From the IMG/VR virus record IMGVR_UViG_3300034072_001149, positions 1 to 64,000 of that record: a stretch of DNA of 64,000 nucleotides; one strand, written 5' to 3'. Below the pieces are notes generated by a model. That model was not told where the DNA came from and did no database searches. It saw only the letters and a program-made list of their open reading frames with translations. Numbering within the stretch: the stretch's first letter is position 1; every line of letters begins with the position of its first letter. This document shows positions 9,780-18,428 of the stretch, one piece after another. Position numbers and translations under genes: made by a program. Origin of the DNA: a virus.

Positions 9780-9930
9780 GGCTCGTGAAACCCACGAGCA
9801 AGGTTGGCCCTGAAAACAAGGCCGGTAGTTCGATCTAAGTAGTGGTGACGACCACTCAGCTCACAGCTCACGCTGTGATTGAGAAACGGACGGTTTTCTC
9901 TAGGTCTACAAAGCGGACGGGCTTTGTAGT
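9780..9930 (-). ncRNA. Hairpin array in the Ro60 leader (two CCGUCC loops, one CGUC loop, one GUGA loop)
   Basis: Stems at 9841-9856, 9861-9878, 9881-9900 and 9906-9929. Confidence 0.55.
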
Positions 9931-9943
9931 ATCGCCCTTATAA

Positions 9944-10240
9944 CTAGGCTTGGTTTGCCTCGTCAAGCGTCTTTTTCAGAACTTCAAGAACTTCTTCCTT
10001 GCTTCCAAAAGTGCCGCTCAAAGAGATCGGATTTGTGATGGCAACATGGATTACCGTGGGGCTAAAGAATCTGATGATACCATAGCCCTCGAAGCGACCG
10101 TTTCCGGGCTTGCGGTTATTCCATCGCGTTCGATACTTTCCACCTACACTGTAGACGTCGTACCGATAATTATTTTCGATGCCCAGCAGATCCGAGACAT
10201 CCTGGTAGAACGATTCTACCTCACTGATTTCCTTTTCCAT
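9944..10240 (-). CDS. Hypothetical protein with its own TTGACA promoter
   Basis: 98 aa (RTRWNNRKPGNGRF); -35 TTGACA at 10274-10269. Confidence 0.65.
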   Translation of the reverse strand: MEKEISEVESFYQDVSDLLGIENNYRYDVYSVGGKYRTRWNNRKPGNGRFEGYGIIRFFSPTVIHVAITNPISLSGTFGSKEEVLEVLKKTLDEANQA

Positions 10241-10274
10241 ACTCTATTTAAACATAGATATGGAAATTTGTCAA

Positions 10275-11097
10275 CCTATGGGTTGTCGGGTAGAACGGAC
10301 TCTACCCGACGGGTTTTTCCACAACCATATAGGCTGTATCGGAATACAAGTAAAGGTCTCGTCCGTGAGACCACCTCCTGCGTCGTCAGTAACATGGCAC
10401 TTTGGACCAAATGGCCCGAAGAGCAAGTGTTGAGGTGGACCGGGCTAAACTATCAAGATAGAAATCTTGATACCAACTCCCTAGGCAGACCGAAGTCTGT
10501 TTCCACGTTACTGAGTCAGCGTGTTAGGTTACTTTATCTGTAAGATAACCCACCATCATCGGCTCTCGATCTACTTATCAGAGATTCTCCGGAGACCGTA
10601 GTCTCCGGAGAGGCAAGATAGCTAGGTATCTACCAGCGCCATCCCGCGGGGCTTGAAATCAGGACTCGGTCTGATCACACCTACAGAGACCTATGCCTTT
10701 CAGTCTCAACGCCATTAGGGAAAGTAACTCTAGACTCCCTATATATCCGATCAAGGTAGTTAAGGAGGGGCCTAATCTAGGTCTTATGACCGAAGCCTGC
10801 CTACCCTCTTTATTCGCTTCACTGACTTTGGCTTCGTCAACAAAACTACTAAACCTCACCCACGAACGCTCGAGCAAGGGAGAGGGGTGATCCTTCCCTC
10901 TACATAACTACCATGTGGGACCGAAATCCCAGATCACTAGGGACACGGCTAAGCGCCCCGTCGCATTTTACCAGGTCAATTCCTGGACTTTTGTTCTCCT
11001 CCGGTGCCGTCCGGCAGATACCTTTATGTGTCAGCACACACCCCAGTCGCCAAGAACAAAATATATGGGTTCAGGGACCGAAATCCCTCCATGCCGT
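10275..11097 (-). ncRNA. Large structured non-coding RNA upstream of Ro60
   Basis: No credible ORF. Promoter TTGCGA-N17-TAGAAC at 11132-11104. Many UUCG/UACG/GNRA-capped stems on the minus strand, and long-range helices such as 10755-10762 with 10905-10912. Confidence 0.7.
10421..10565 (-). ncRNA. Y RNA-like domain (Ro60-binding bulged helix)
   Basis: 5' GAGCCGA pairs with 3' CUUGCUC with a bulged C. UGAUGGUGG pairs with CCACCUCA, then GGUUAUC follows, as in bacterial Yrl RNAs. No clear T-arm. Confidence 0.65.
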
Positions 11098-11145
11098 TCA
11101 TTCGTTCTATATAACCAAGGATTGAATCGCAATATTTCATTCATG

Positions 11146-11178
11146 GAAATGGAGAGAGTTTTACCTCTCTCCATTTTC
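11146..11178. terminator. Intrinsic terminator after tail sheath
   Basis: gaaatggagagag-ttttac-ctctctccatttt hairpin. Confidence 0.8.
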
Positions 11179-13593
11179 TTAGTTAAACAGTGCGCCTAGA
11201 TCGTCGCCGGTCGCAACGATACGAACTGGAATGTAGATGAATTCAATTGCCTGGACTGGCTGAATAGCAATATCCACCCAAAGTTCCTGACGATCAATTC
11301 TCTCCGGAGTGTTGTTGGTTTCATCGCAAACTACGATGAAGTCATACAAGCCGCGGAGACCTACGAGGTCTGCTAGAAAGCGCTCGAAGGTTGTTCGAAC
11401 AGAGTCACGTGTCTGGAAGTCGTTTGGCTCAAAGAGAAACGGCTTACTGATATTATCCAAGTTGTAGCGTAGGTAGTTGACCAAACGAGCAACGTTGATA
11501 CGATCAAGAGAAGTTTCTAGACTGTGGCGCGTTTTCTGACCATAAACAACCAGACCGCGATTTGGAATAAACGCGATTGGGTTGATCTTGTTGGAATACA
11601 GGATATCACGCTGGCCAGGGTTCAAAATAGCAGCCTTGAATTCACCTTCTTCGTCAAGGTATCCAACGCTAGAAGCGTTATTGACCAGACCACGAGTGAA
11701 ACCAGCAGGAGCCAACCAAGGATAGCTGATGCTATCGCTGTAAGCCAATGTTCTAAGAGCAATGGTCGATGGTGGAACCATGATCTCATTACCATCAACG
11801 TTGGTGCTCAAGCCCCAAGGATAATACATACCAACATATGGGTTGAAAGTGCTAACTCCATTTTCGGTATTACCGTTACCTGAATTTGTAGCAAATTCAG
11901 TGATATCTGCTCCAGTTGGCTTCAGTCTAATAGGAGTGTCACCAACAATAAACGCTACTTCCTTCATGTCCGTGTTCAAAGTAACCATCTCATCGATGAG
12001 TTCAATGTAACCAGGAGCAGCTAGGAGGTTGAAGTAAACTGTTTCAGCACGAATATCTTCATTACCCGAAATAGTAGCAGCAAGCGACTTAACGATCATC
12101 TGACGCTGAGCACGGCGACCAAAGAATGGAACACCATTGGTCTGGAAGCCTGAAACGTTTGACCACTTACCAGCCGAAGCATTATATTGCTTGACGTCGT
12201 TGGTAGACTCAGCCAAGTCGAATAGTCTCATACCTTCAGCATAGTTGAGCGGCTCAGTAGTGTCAGCTTCACCAAAAGCGATACCGTCGATTGGGTCAAT
12301 GTTGTTCTCAACATTGATAGCTTTCCAAAGACCGCCAACTCGACGATACATCTTAGGATAGTTCTCAAGATCGGAAGTATCAACCCAAAGGTCGTTTTCA
12401 ACCAGTGGAGCACCAGTAGACTGAACAGTAGGAGCCGATCCTAGAAGGATTACACCATTTGCGTCAGTTGCTGGATAAACAGTGCGATATGGACGCCATT
12501 CACCGCCTTGGTTTACCTTGACATTGACAACCAAATTCTGGTTGTTGAACCAAAGCGTGCCGTCATCAGCAGTGTTGGTTGGTTCAGAAGCGCCAGCTTC
12601 TTCACCAAGTGGCTCCCAGACGTCAGTGTTTTCGTTATAACGCAGGAATTCAAAAACAGCGCGAGTGTCTTCGTGGCTCAGGAATACTGATCCAGCAACT
12701 CTGGTTAGAGTGTTGACCTTAGACAGGCTGTAGATAGGAACAAGCGTTTCAGCCCAAACACCGGTGCCAACATTATATGTCTTCAACAGCCAAGTTGCTG
12801 CTGCGCTGATGCTAGTGATAACGTCTGGTGTGTTGAGAACCAATACGTCACCAATGTTACCAGTTGCTGGACGGAAAGTGCCATACTTTAGTTCAAGCGA
12901 TGCCGAAGAACCTTCAGCAACCTTGGCAGTTTTCCATTCAGGAGTTCCAACAACAAACCATTCATCAGCAATACGCTGGTAAAGGACCTTCTTTGAATAT
13001 AGGACCACCATGGCAAAATCACCATCAGCGGAATCAACTAGAAGAGGAACCTTCTGGCCAGCAATGATTTCTGGTGCCGCACTATCAAGGGACGATTCGT
13101 CTTCTACGATCCAAAGATCGCGTTCTGTCCATTCGCTACCGGTGTATTCATAGATACCCCATGTGTTGTTCTGGGTATCAAGCCAGTTCGTGCCATTGGT
13201 AGCTTCAGCACGTGGCTCAGAGGCCTGTGGCATTAGCTGACCGTAGTCGATCGCAGCACGAATAACAAAGGCACGGTTAGCAATACCAAGATACTGGTAA
13301 GCAGCATGAAGACCGTATTCGTTGAGTTCGTAACCATGAACGGCAGAGCCATTTCTGGTGTAGAAAATTGGGTTGCCAAACGTCTGGAGGAGTTCGCGCT
13401 GGCTCGTGATAGGGTAGAGCTTGTTCGCGTTCTCGGGCAAGGTGCCTTCGGCCACGCCGCTACCCGAAGGCAGTGACTTGAATTCGTGCGTGCCGATAAT
13501 AATCAGCGGAACAGTGCCTTCACCAGCCGTTGCGTAGTTGGATTCGTCGGTAACGGTAACAGATGTACCGGGCGACACTAGAGGATATACCAT
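11179..13593 (-). CDS. gp18: Tail sheath protein (T4 gp18-like) with large insertion
   Basis: LVSPGTSVTV, ITSQRELLQTFG, PWLAPAGFTRG, GQKT, LDRINVARL, FEPND and EFIYIP motifs. Confidence 0.95.
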   Translation of the reverse strand: MVYPLVSPGTSVTVTDESNYATAGEGTVPLIIIGTHEFKSLPSGSGVAEGTLPENANKLYPITSQRELLQTFGNPIFYTRNGSAVHGYELNEYGLHAAYQYLGIANRAFVIRAAIDYGQLMPQASEPRAEATNGTNWLDTQNNTWGIYEYTGSEWTERDLWIVEDESSLDSAAPEIIAGQKVPLLVDSADGDFAMVVLYSKKVLYQRIADEWFVVGTPEWKTAKVAEGSSASLELKYGTFRPATGNIGDVLVLNTPDVITSISAAATWLLKTYNVGTGVWAETLVPIYSLSKVNTLTRVAGSVFLSHEDTRAVFEFLRYNENTDVWEPLGEEAGASEPTNTADDGTLWFNNQNLVVNVKVNQGGEWRPYRTVYPATDANGVILLGSAPTVQSTGAPLVENDLWVDTSDLENYPKMYRRVGGLWKAINVENNIDPIDGIAFGEADTTEPLNYAEGMRLFDLAESTNDVKQYNASAGKWSNVSGFQTNGVPFFGRRAQRQMIVKSLAATISGNEDIRAETVYFNLLAAPGYIELIDEMVTLNTDMKEVAFIVGDTPIRLKPTGADITEFATNSGNGNTENGVSTFNPYVGMYYPWGLSTNVDGNEIMVPPSTIALRTLAYSDSISYPWLAPAGFTRGLVNNASSVGYLDEEGEFKAAILNPGQRDILYSNKINPIAFIPNRGLVVYGQKTRHSLETSLDRINVARLVNYLRYNLDNISKPFLFEPNDFQTRDSVRTTFERFLADLVGLRGLYDFIVVCDETNNTPERIDRQELWVDIAIQPVQAIEFIYIPVRIVATGDDLGALFN

Positions 13594-13707
13594 AAACCAG
13601 CCCCTTTTGCAATCGGTGGATTTCGTTACCAGTATTTATCCAGCGCGCAGAAAGGTAGCGGTATTAAGTGCTAGGAGAACCTAACCTAAATTCAGACTAT
13701 AATGATA

Positions 13708-14310
13708 TTACTCTTCAAACCAACCAAATAGATTCCTGATGGCCCATTTGCCTGCATGATTGATTTTTCTAGTACCAACACCGGCCCAGAGGCCCTCTGG
13801 CTTAGGCGGGGCATCTATTGGCTTCCATCCACCAATATATTGATACCACTGTTTTTCTTCTTGGTCGAAAACAAAGGCATTTAATGCCTGGAACTGGCCA
13901 AGTTTTTTGTGTCTATCAAGAAACATTTGAACCGCCCAGCCGGTGCCGCCGTTTACAACGCCATCATTTCTAAGCGATGAAACCGCATAGATGGAATCAG
14001 ACCATCGGACTTGATACCAATTGCGTCTCAGAAGCGATTTAACGTTCTGTGAGCGCGATCCTGGCCAAGAGCGCTTCAGAGTCTTGCTGGCAATCTTGAG
14101 GTCATTGTCGGCCCTTAAAAGCTGCTCCTCAGATAAAATCACGATTTCTTGTTTGGGCGCTTGGCTTTTGTGTCCTTCATAGGACCAATGAATCACATTT
14201 TGTCCGTCACGTCCAGCATTCATGCCCCAATGGAGATCAGCACCATCGGCGCCTCCACTGAGACAGATATTGCCAGTTAGGGCCTCTAAAAGTGATTCTT
14301 CAGTAGACAT
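13708..14310 (-). CDS. SLOG-like hypothetical protein
   Basis: CLSGGADGAD, LLRRNWYQV, GGTGWAV and AGVGTR motifs. Start reassigned to MSTEES (14310). Confidence 0.5.
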   Translation of the reverse strand: MSTEESLLEALTGNICLSGGADGADLHWGMNAGRDGQNVIHWSYEGHKSQAPKQEIVILSEEQLLRADNDLKIASKTLKRSWPGSRSQNVKSLLRRNWYQVRWSDSIYAVSSLRNDGVVNGGTGWAVQMFLDRHKKLGQFQALNAFVFDQEEKQWYQYIGGWKPIDAPPKPEGLWAGVGTRKINHAGKWAIRNLFGWFEE

Positions 14311-14939
14311 TGTGTTTTGCCATATAAGTCTTGGATGGTCCCATCGTTCTCCACTAGAATGGCATCTTCCCCAAGCCACGCCCATTCAGAAACATGAACC
14401 GTGGGATAGGCCAAAGCCATCTCTGGGTTACATTCGTCATCACTTAGTGCGGTCTTACGGGCCAAGTCAAACCATTCAGGTTCAGGCCCTCTTTTGACCC
14501 GGAAGAGCAAGCCATCATATTGGCGAATCAATTTACACTCGTTGGGGAAACGGCAGTCAGTGACCACTACCCGCTCTTTTCCACGGAGGCGAGATTCCAG
14601 GCTCTTAATCCAAAGATTATTGTCAAAATGCTCGCGCATCACATCAGTGCCAATGACCTGCATAGCCACTCTAGGAGTAAAGCGTCCTAGATATTTGTAA
14701 GGGCTCTCACTCCAGTTGAGTTTATGTTCCCACCAAACGTCAGGAGTTTCACGCCACGTTCTACTATCAGTGGTGTTGCCTTCCAGCAAGGCACGATCCC
14801 ATCCAAAGACTGCGGCTAGCAAGTCCTTCAGAGGGTTGGCGAAGCTTTCTACTTCAAAACCATGCTCTCGGACTAGATATTCACCAGCGGTGTCTTTTCC
14901 CGAGCCTTTGAAGCCAAGAATTCCTACTACTTGAACCAT
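14286..14939 (-). CDS. Deoxynucleoside monophosphate kinase (T4 gp1-like)
   Basis: GFKGSGKDT P-loop, SFANPLKD, TPRVAMQVIGTD, DCRFPNE and HVSE. Confidence 0.92.
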   Translation of the reverse strand: MVQVVGILGFKGSGKDTAGEYLVREHGFEVESFANPLKDLLAAVFGWDRALLEGNTTDSRTWRETPDVWWEHKLNWSESPYKYLGRFTPRVAMQVIGTDVMREHFDNNLWIKSLESRLRGKERVVVTDCRFPNECKLIRQYDGLLFRVKRGPEPEWFDLARKTALSDDECNPEMALAYPTVHVSEWAWLGEDAILVENDGTIQDLYGKTQCLLKNHF

Positions 14940-14996
14940 ACTCTCACCTATAATATTTCAGGTAGAGTAACAGGTTGAGTAGTAGGAAGTCAGTAT

Positions 14997-15350
14997 TTAG
15001 GTGATAAACTCCTTGAGCCGAGCGATGGCTTCGCAATGGATAGGAACAATATAGCTGCGACCCATACCAAGAGGATCAGCAGGTTTCTTGAGCTCTTCGA
15101 TCAGGCTTTCAATCTGAGTCGTGTCCGGTAGCTCGCCGTCTTCCAAGCGTTGAATCATTCCGGCCGCCACGAGTTGTAGAGCCCGGCCATTATCATGAAA
15201 TTCACGAACAAAATGAGGAACACCGTCGATGATCTGTTCACCCTCTAGAGGCCCAAGACCATCATTGATGGGTATGGCATAGATCCCAGTAAGCCGACGG
15301 ATCAGCGTACTGGGATCATACCATTCAGGAGCCGCATAGGGATCAGTCAT
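14997..15350 (-). CDS. Hypothetical protein
   Basis: Probable start MTDPYAAPEW overlaps the stop of the upstream gene. Confidence 0.55.
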   Translation of the reverse strand: MTDPYAAPEWYDPSTLIRRLTGIYAIPINDGLGPLEGEQIIDGVPHFVREFHDNGRALQLVAAGMIQRLEDGELPDTTQIESLIEELKKPADPLGMGRSYIVPIHCEAIARLKEFIT

Positions 15351-15831
15351 TTGGGTAAAGGCCAAAGCGAGCCAGCAGGATAGCCAGTTCAGCCTTGTCA
15401 CCAAACACATAGGCCGTGGTAACTTCATTGCGGAAGCAGACCATCGTTCCATCGGGACCGGGAACAGGAGGCAAAGTGTGAACCTCAGGGTTCATCAGCG
15501 GAACAATTTCCTTGTCCACCAAGTAGGGGTAGGAAGTGTCGACGACTACGTCTGCGACGAAGCCCATCTTCTTCGCTGCCGCGATGACCGCCTCGACCGT
15601 CCGCAGATCCAATTGGTTCTTGTCACCCAGCGCGATCGTGGTACCGAAGCCGCGAGCCATCTTGGACCACTCGACGACATCCGCGTTGGGCTCCTTGCCG
15701 TTCATCAGCGGCTCGACGACCTCCAGCCACGTCATTTGATTGCCTGCGTGCATTCCATGGGCAATGGCCTTACCAGCGCCCAGGCTAGGCAGATCAGTGC
15801 GAACCAAGCAATATCCGATTAAATCACGCAT
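15343..15831 (-). CDS. Peptidyl-tRNA hydrolase 2 (PTH2)-like protein
   Basis: VRTDLPSLGAGKAIAHGMHA matches the PTH2 VRxDL..GK.AAQ..HA motif; VVD and ending FGLYP. Confidence 0.7.
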   Translation of the reverse strand: MRDLIGYCLVRTDLPSLGAGKAIAHGMHAGNQMTWLEVVEPLMNGKEPNADVVEWSKMARGFGTTIALGDKNQLDLRTVEAVIAAAKKMGFVADVVVDTSYPYLVDKEIVPLMNPEVHTLPPVPGPDGTMVCFRNEVTTAYVFGDKAELAILLARFGLYPND

Positions 15832-15879
15832 AAATAAACTTGCTCCTCTGTTTCTATTTGTTTAACACCAGGTTTCTAG

Positions 15880-16515
15880 ATGTCAAACACTTTCTACGTC
15901 TATCTTTTGCTTGATCCTAGAAGGGACTACCTTCCCTTTTATGTTGGTAAGGGAAAGGGTGATAGAGCCAATCACCACCTAAAATACGAAAGTCACGCAA
16001 AGACCAATACCTTTAAGAAGTCAGTCATTCAGAAGATTAGACGCGATGGTAAAGAACCAAAGGTGATGATCTGGTCTGATGCGTTGTCTGAGACTCAAGC
16101 CTTTGATATGGAGAAAAGTCTCATAGAACGGTTTGGTAGAAGGGATCTTAAGACTGGCATACTTACCAACCTGTCGGATGGAGGATATGGCAATGCAGGG
16201 AGAAAATTCACCGAAGAGCATAGGCGGAAACTTTCTGAAGCCGCTAAAGGCAGAAAGCATACTGACGAAGCCAAAGCTAAGATGAGCAAGAAACGTAAAG
16301 GTGTTCTAGCTTCAGAAAAGACTAAACAGAAGCTGTCCGAGGTGAAAAAGGGACGGGGAACTGGCCCAGCCAACCCAATGTATGGACGTTGCGGAAAACT
16401 ACACCCTAACTATGGAAAAGAAGGTCTTACTGGCGAGAAGAATGGAATGTTCGGTCGTAAACATTCCCCAGAGACTATCGAAAAGATTCGACAGAAAGCT
16501 CTAGCCAGGAAATAA
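15880..16515 (+). CDS. Free-standing GIY-YIG homing endonuclease with NUMOD3 repeats
   Basis: FYVYLL..PFYVGKG..GILTNLSDGG, then NPMYGR and MFGRKHSPETIEKI. Confidence 0.88.
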   Translation: MSNTFYVYLLLDPRRDYLPFYVGKGKGDRANHHLKYESHAKTNTFKKSVIQKIRRDGKEPKVMIWSDALSETQAFDMEKSLIERFGRRDLKTGILTNLSDGGYGNAGRKFTEEHRRKLSEAAKGRKHTDEAKAKMSKKRKGVLASEKTKQKLSEVKKGRGTGPANPMYGRCGKLHPNYGKEGLTGEKNGMFGRKHSPETIEKIRQKALARK

Positions 16516-16574
16516 GATCTTTCAAATGAGCCTCCTTTGTTAATAGAAAAGCTCTAGCACATATACTGAATCTG

Positions 16575-17033
16575 TCAACCAGATTGGCTCAGATAATGAG
16601 CCTGTTGGGCTTGTTGGTATTTTACCGCATCTTTCTGGTTACTGAAATAGTAGTGGTTGTAGAATGAGTTATTGGAATTGATGCGACTACCAACACTGAT
16701 ACGATGTTCACCACCATCTTGGTGTTCTTGCTCACACTCAAGTATGAGGGTTAGCGAACTCAGATGATTACCGTTTACATCTATTGGTTCGAAATTTCGT
16801 ATTGTATTGATGTGACTGGTCACATTGTTGCCGGTTTTATAGCAGATGACTTGATAGATCCTACTTTGGTTCAAGCCCAAAAGCTGCTCGGGAAAGACAA
16901 TAGCAGCCCTATATGGACGCATCAACTTTTCACGATTAAGATATATTTGGGCCCACGCGTCAGGCGCTGACAGAATCCGCCAGGCTTTATAGGATTTGCT
17001 GCCTATCTTCTTAAAGTCAACGGCTTCAGACAT
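16575..17033 (-). CDS. Hypothetical protein
   Basis: 152 aa ORF downstream of a TTGACA element. Confidence 0.55.
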   Translation of the reverse strand: MSEAVDFKKIGSKSYKAWRILSAPDAWAQIYLNREKLMRPYRAAIVFPEQLLGLNQSRIYQVICYKTGNNVTSHINTIRNFEPIDVNGNHLSSLTLILECEQEHQDGGEHRISVGSRINSNNSFYNHYYFSNQKDAVKYQQAQQAHYLSQSG

Positions 17034-17127
17034 ACCTAGATCAATATATTACCATTGATGTTTGTCAACCATAATCTACTGAAGGCTGTCGCCTGTTGAT
17101 ATACTTTGCCCACCCAGAATCTATTGA

Positions 17128-17544
17128 TTAATAGGTAATGTCCATACTTTCTTGGTAATCTATACCCCTGAGCCTGAAAATGTTACGAGCCCTGAATTTG
17201 TTATTATGCTGCCATACTGGCCTACGAATATCTTCCCAACTGTTATAGTTGTTCATGTAGGTCTTTGGTAAAAAGGTCTTATCTTCTTCGATGAAACCAT
17301 TGAAGCTGAGACAATTGAGTGGAAATTTCAGTTTGACCGCCAATACTCTATTTTGATCCATTGGTGAAAGATGGCTGAAATTAGAGTAAAGCACCTCGGC
17401 TATTTCGTTAGGAGTATAGAATTGGCCATCAATACCTATCAGACCATCGCGAAGTCGAAGCGCAAAAAGGGCGCGCCAAACATCAAAAGGATGTTGGCGA
17501 TTCATCCGGCGATAGGGATCAATCTTGCGAGCAATAGGCCTCAT
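17128..17544 (-). CDS. Hypothetical protein
   Basis: 138 aa ORF downstream of a TTGACG element. Confidence 0.5.
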   Translation of the reverse strand: MRPIARKIDPYRRMNRQHPFDVWRALFALRLRDGLIGIDGQFYTPNEIAEVLYSNFSHLSPMDQNRVLAVKLKFPLNCLSFNGFIEEDKTFLPKTYMNNYNSWEDIRRPVWQHNNKFRARNIFRLRGIDYQESMDITY

Positions 17545-17580
17545 CTAGTCAGATTAACACAAGACTAGATAGCGTCAACC

Positions 17581-18354
17581 TTAGCCGAATAAAAACCCGT
17601 ATCCAATGTTTTGTTCAACCTGGTTGCTGAGTTCTAGGAGCAAAGCATCCATCTCTTGCTGGCCTTCTGCTTTGAGCGCGGCACCATTCAAGGTCGTGCC
17701 GCCCTGTGGACCAATGAAAGTACCAAAACGATCACGAGCCTCACCTAGCATAACTTTGGCCTGAGCCGTAGTAAAGCGGACCAACCAAGGTCTAGCGTAG
17801 GTATCACTGAGGATCAGTTCGTCAGGGCGATGAGCATATACCCAAAGCATGACAGTTTCATTGGCAACTGGCTTGCGAAGGATATCTAGACGGTGACGAG
17901 TAGGATGCCAGTTGAACATAATATGGAAACCAAACATTCTACCAACTAGTTCCTGGAAACCAGTGAATAGTTCGTAGGTTACCAAGCTGGGGATACCACC
18001 CCCGTTGCCACCGAATCCACCAACGCCTGCTGAACCCAATAAAGTATGGTTGGCTACTGCGGCCGCAAATGGTTCAAAATCAGAACCAACATTTGACATC
18101 GCTCCGCCATATCCGCCTCGAAAGATTTGACGGACTTCTTGGATTTCATCGGGAAGTATATACTCTGATTGATCCGGTTGTAGTTCCAGGAACGCATAAC
18201 GTTCCTCTACTGAATTGCTGGATCGCTGACGATAAGTTGCTAGAGCAAAATCCAAAGCATCTTCAAAATGCTCAGGGGTCAATTCAATGTTGACCATGCC
18301 TCCACCAAGGCGACGAAACACCTCTTGTATCAAGATTTCGCGCTGAGTTTTCAT
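17581..18354 (-). CDS. gp13: Neck protein (T4 gp13-like)
   Basis: RRLGGGMVNIEL, YRQRSSNSVEE, LGEAR and GPQGGTTLNG. Start reassigned to MKTQRE (18354, GGAGG RBS). Confidence 0.85.
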   Translation of the reverse strand: MKTQREILIQEVFRRLGGGMVNIELTPEHFEDALDFALATYRQRSSNSVEERYAFLELQPDQSEYILPDEIQEVRQIFRGGYGGAMSNVGSDFEPFAAAVANHTLLGSAGVGGFGGNGGGIPSLVTYELFTGFQELVGRMFGFHIMFNWHPTRHRLDILRKPVANETVMLWVYAHRPDELILSDTYARPWLVRFTTAQAKVMLGEARDRFGTFIGPQGGTTLNGAALKAEGQQEMDALLLELSNQVEQNIGYGFLFG

Positions 18355-18428
18355 AGTCGATCCTCCACTTGGGTTCTTCATATTTAGTGGACAGCTTCGG
18401 ATAAGTAATAAGCAACAGGAGGATCTAC

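Noticed and set aside
9881-9929. CsrA/RsmA sponge on the plus strand (GGA loops)
   Set aside because: Tetraloop polarity and neighbouring genes indicate minus-strand transcription, and there are only two such loops.
10275-11097. tRNA, tmRNA, RNase P or group I intron as the identity of the large RNA
   Set aside because: No T-loop/CCA cloverleaf, no tmRNA termini and no complete P4 motif. The GAGACUG segment pairs locally and has no matching S element.
9950-11199. Plus-strand ORFs 9950..10543, 10693..10890, 10913..11125 and 10915..11199, and minus ORF 10659..10877
   Set aside because: No RBS or recognisable motifs. They overlap a real gene antisense or lie in the structured RNA.
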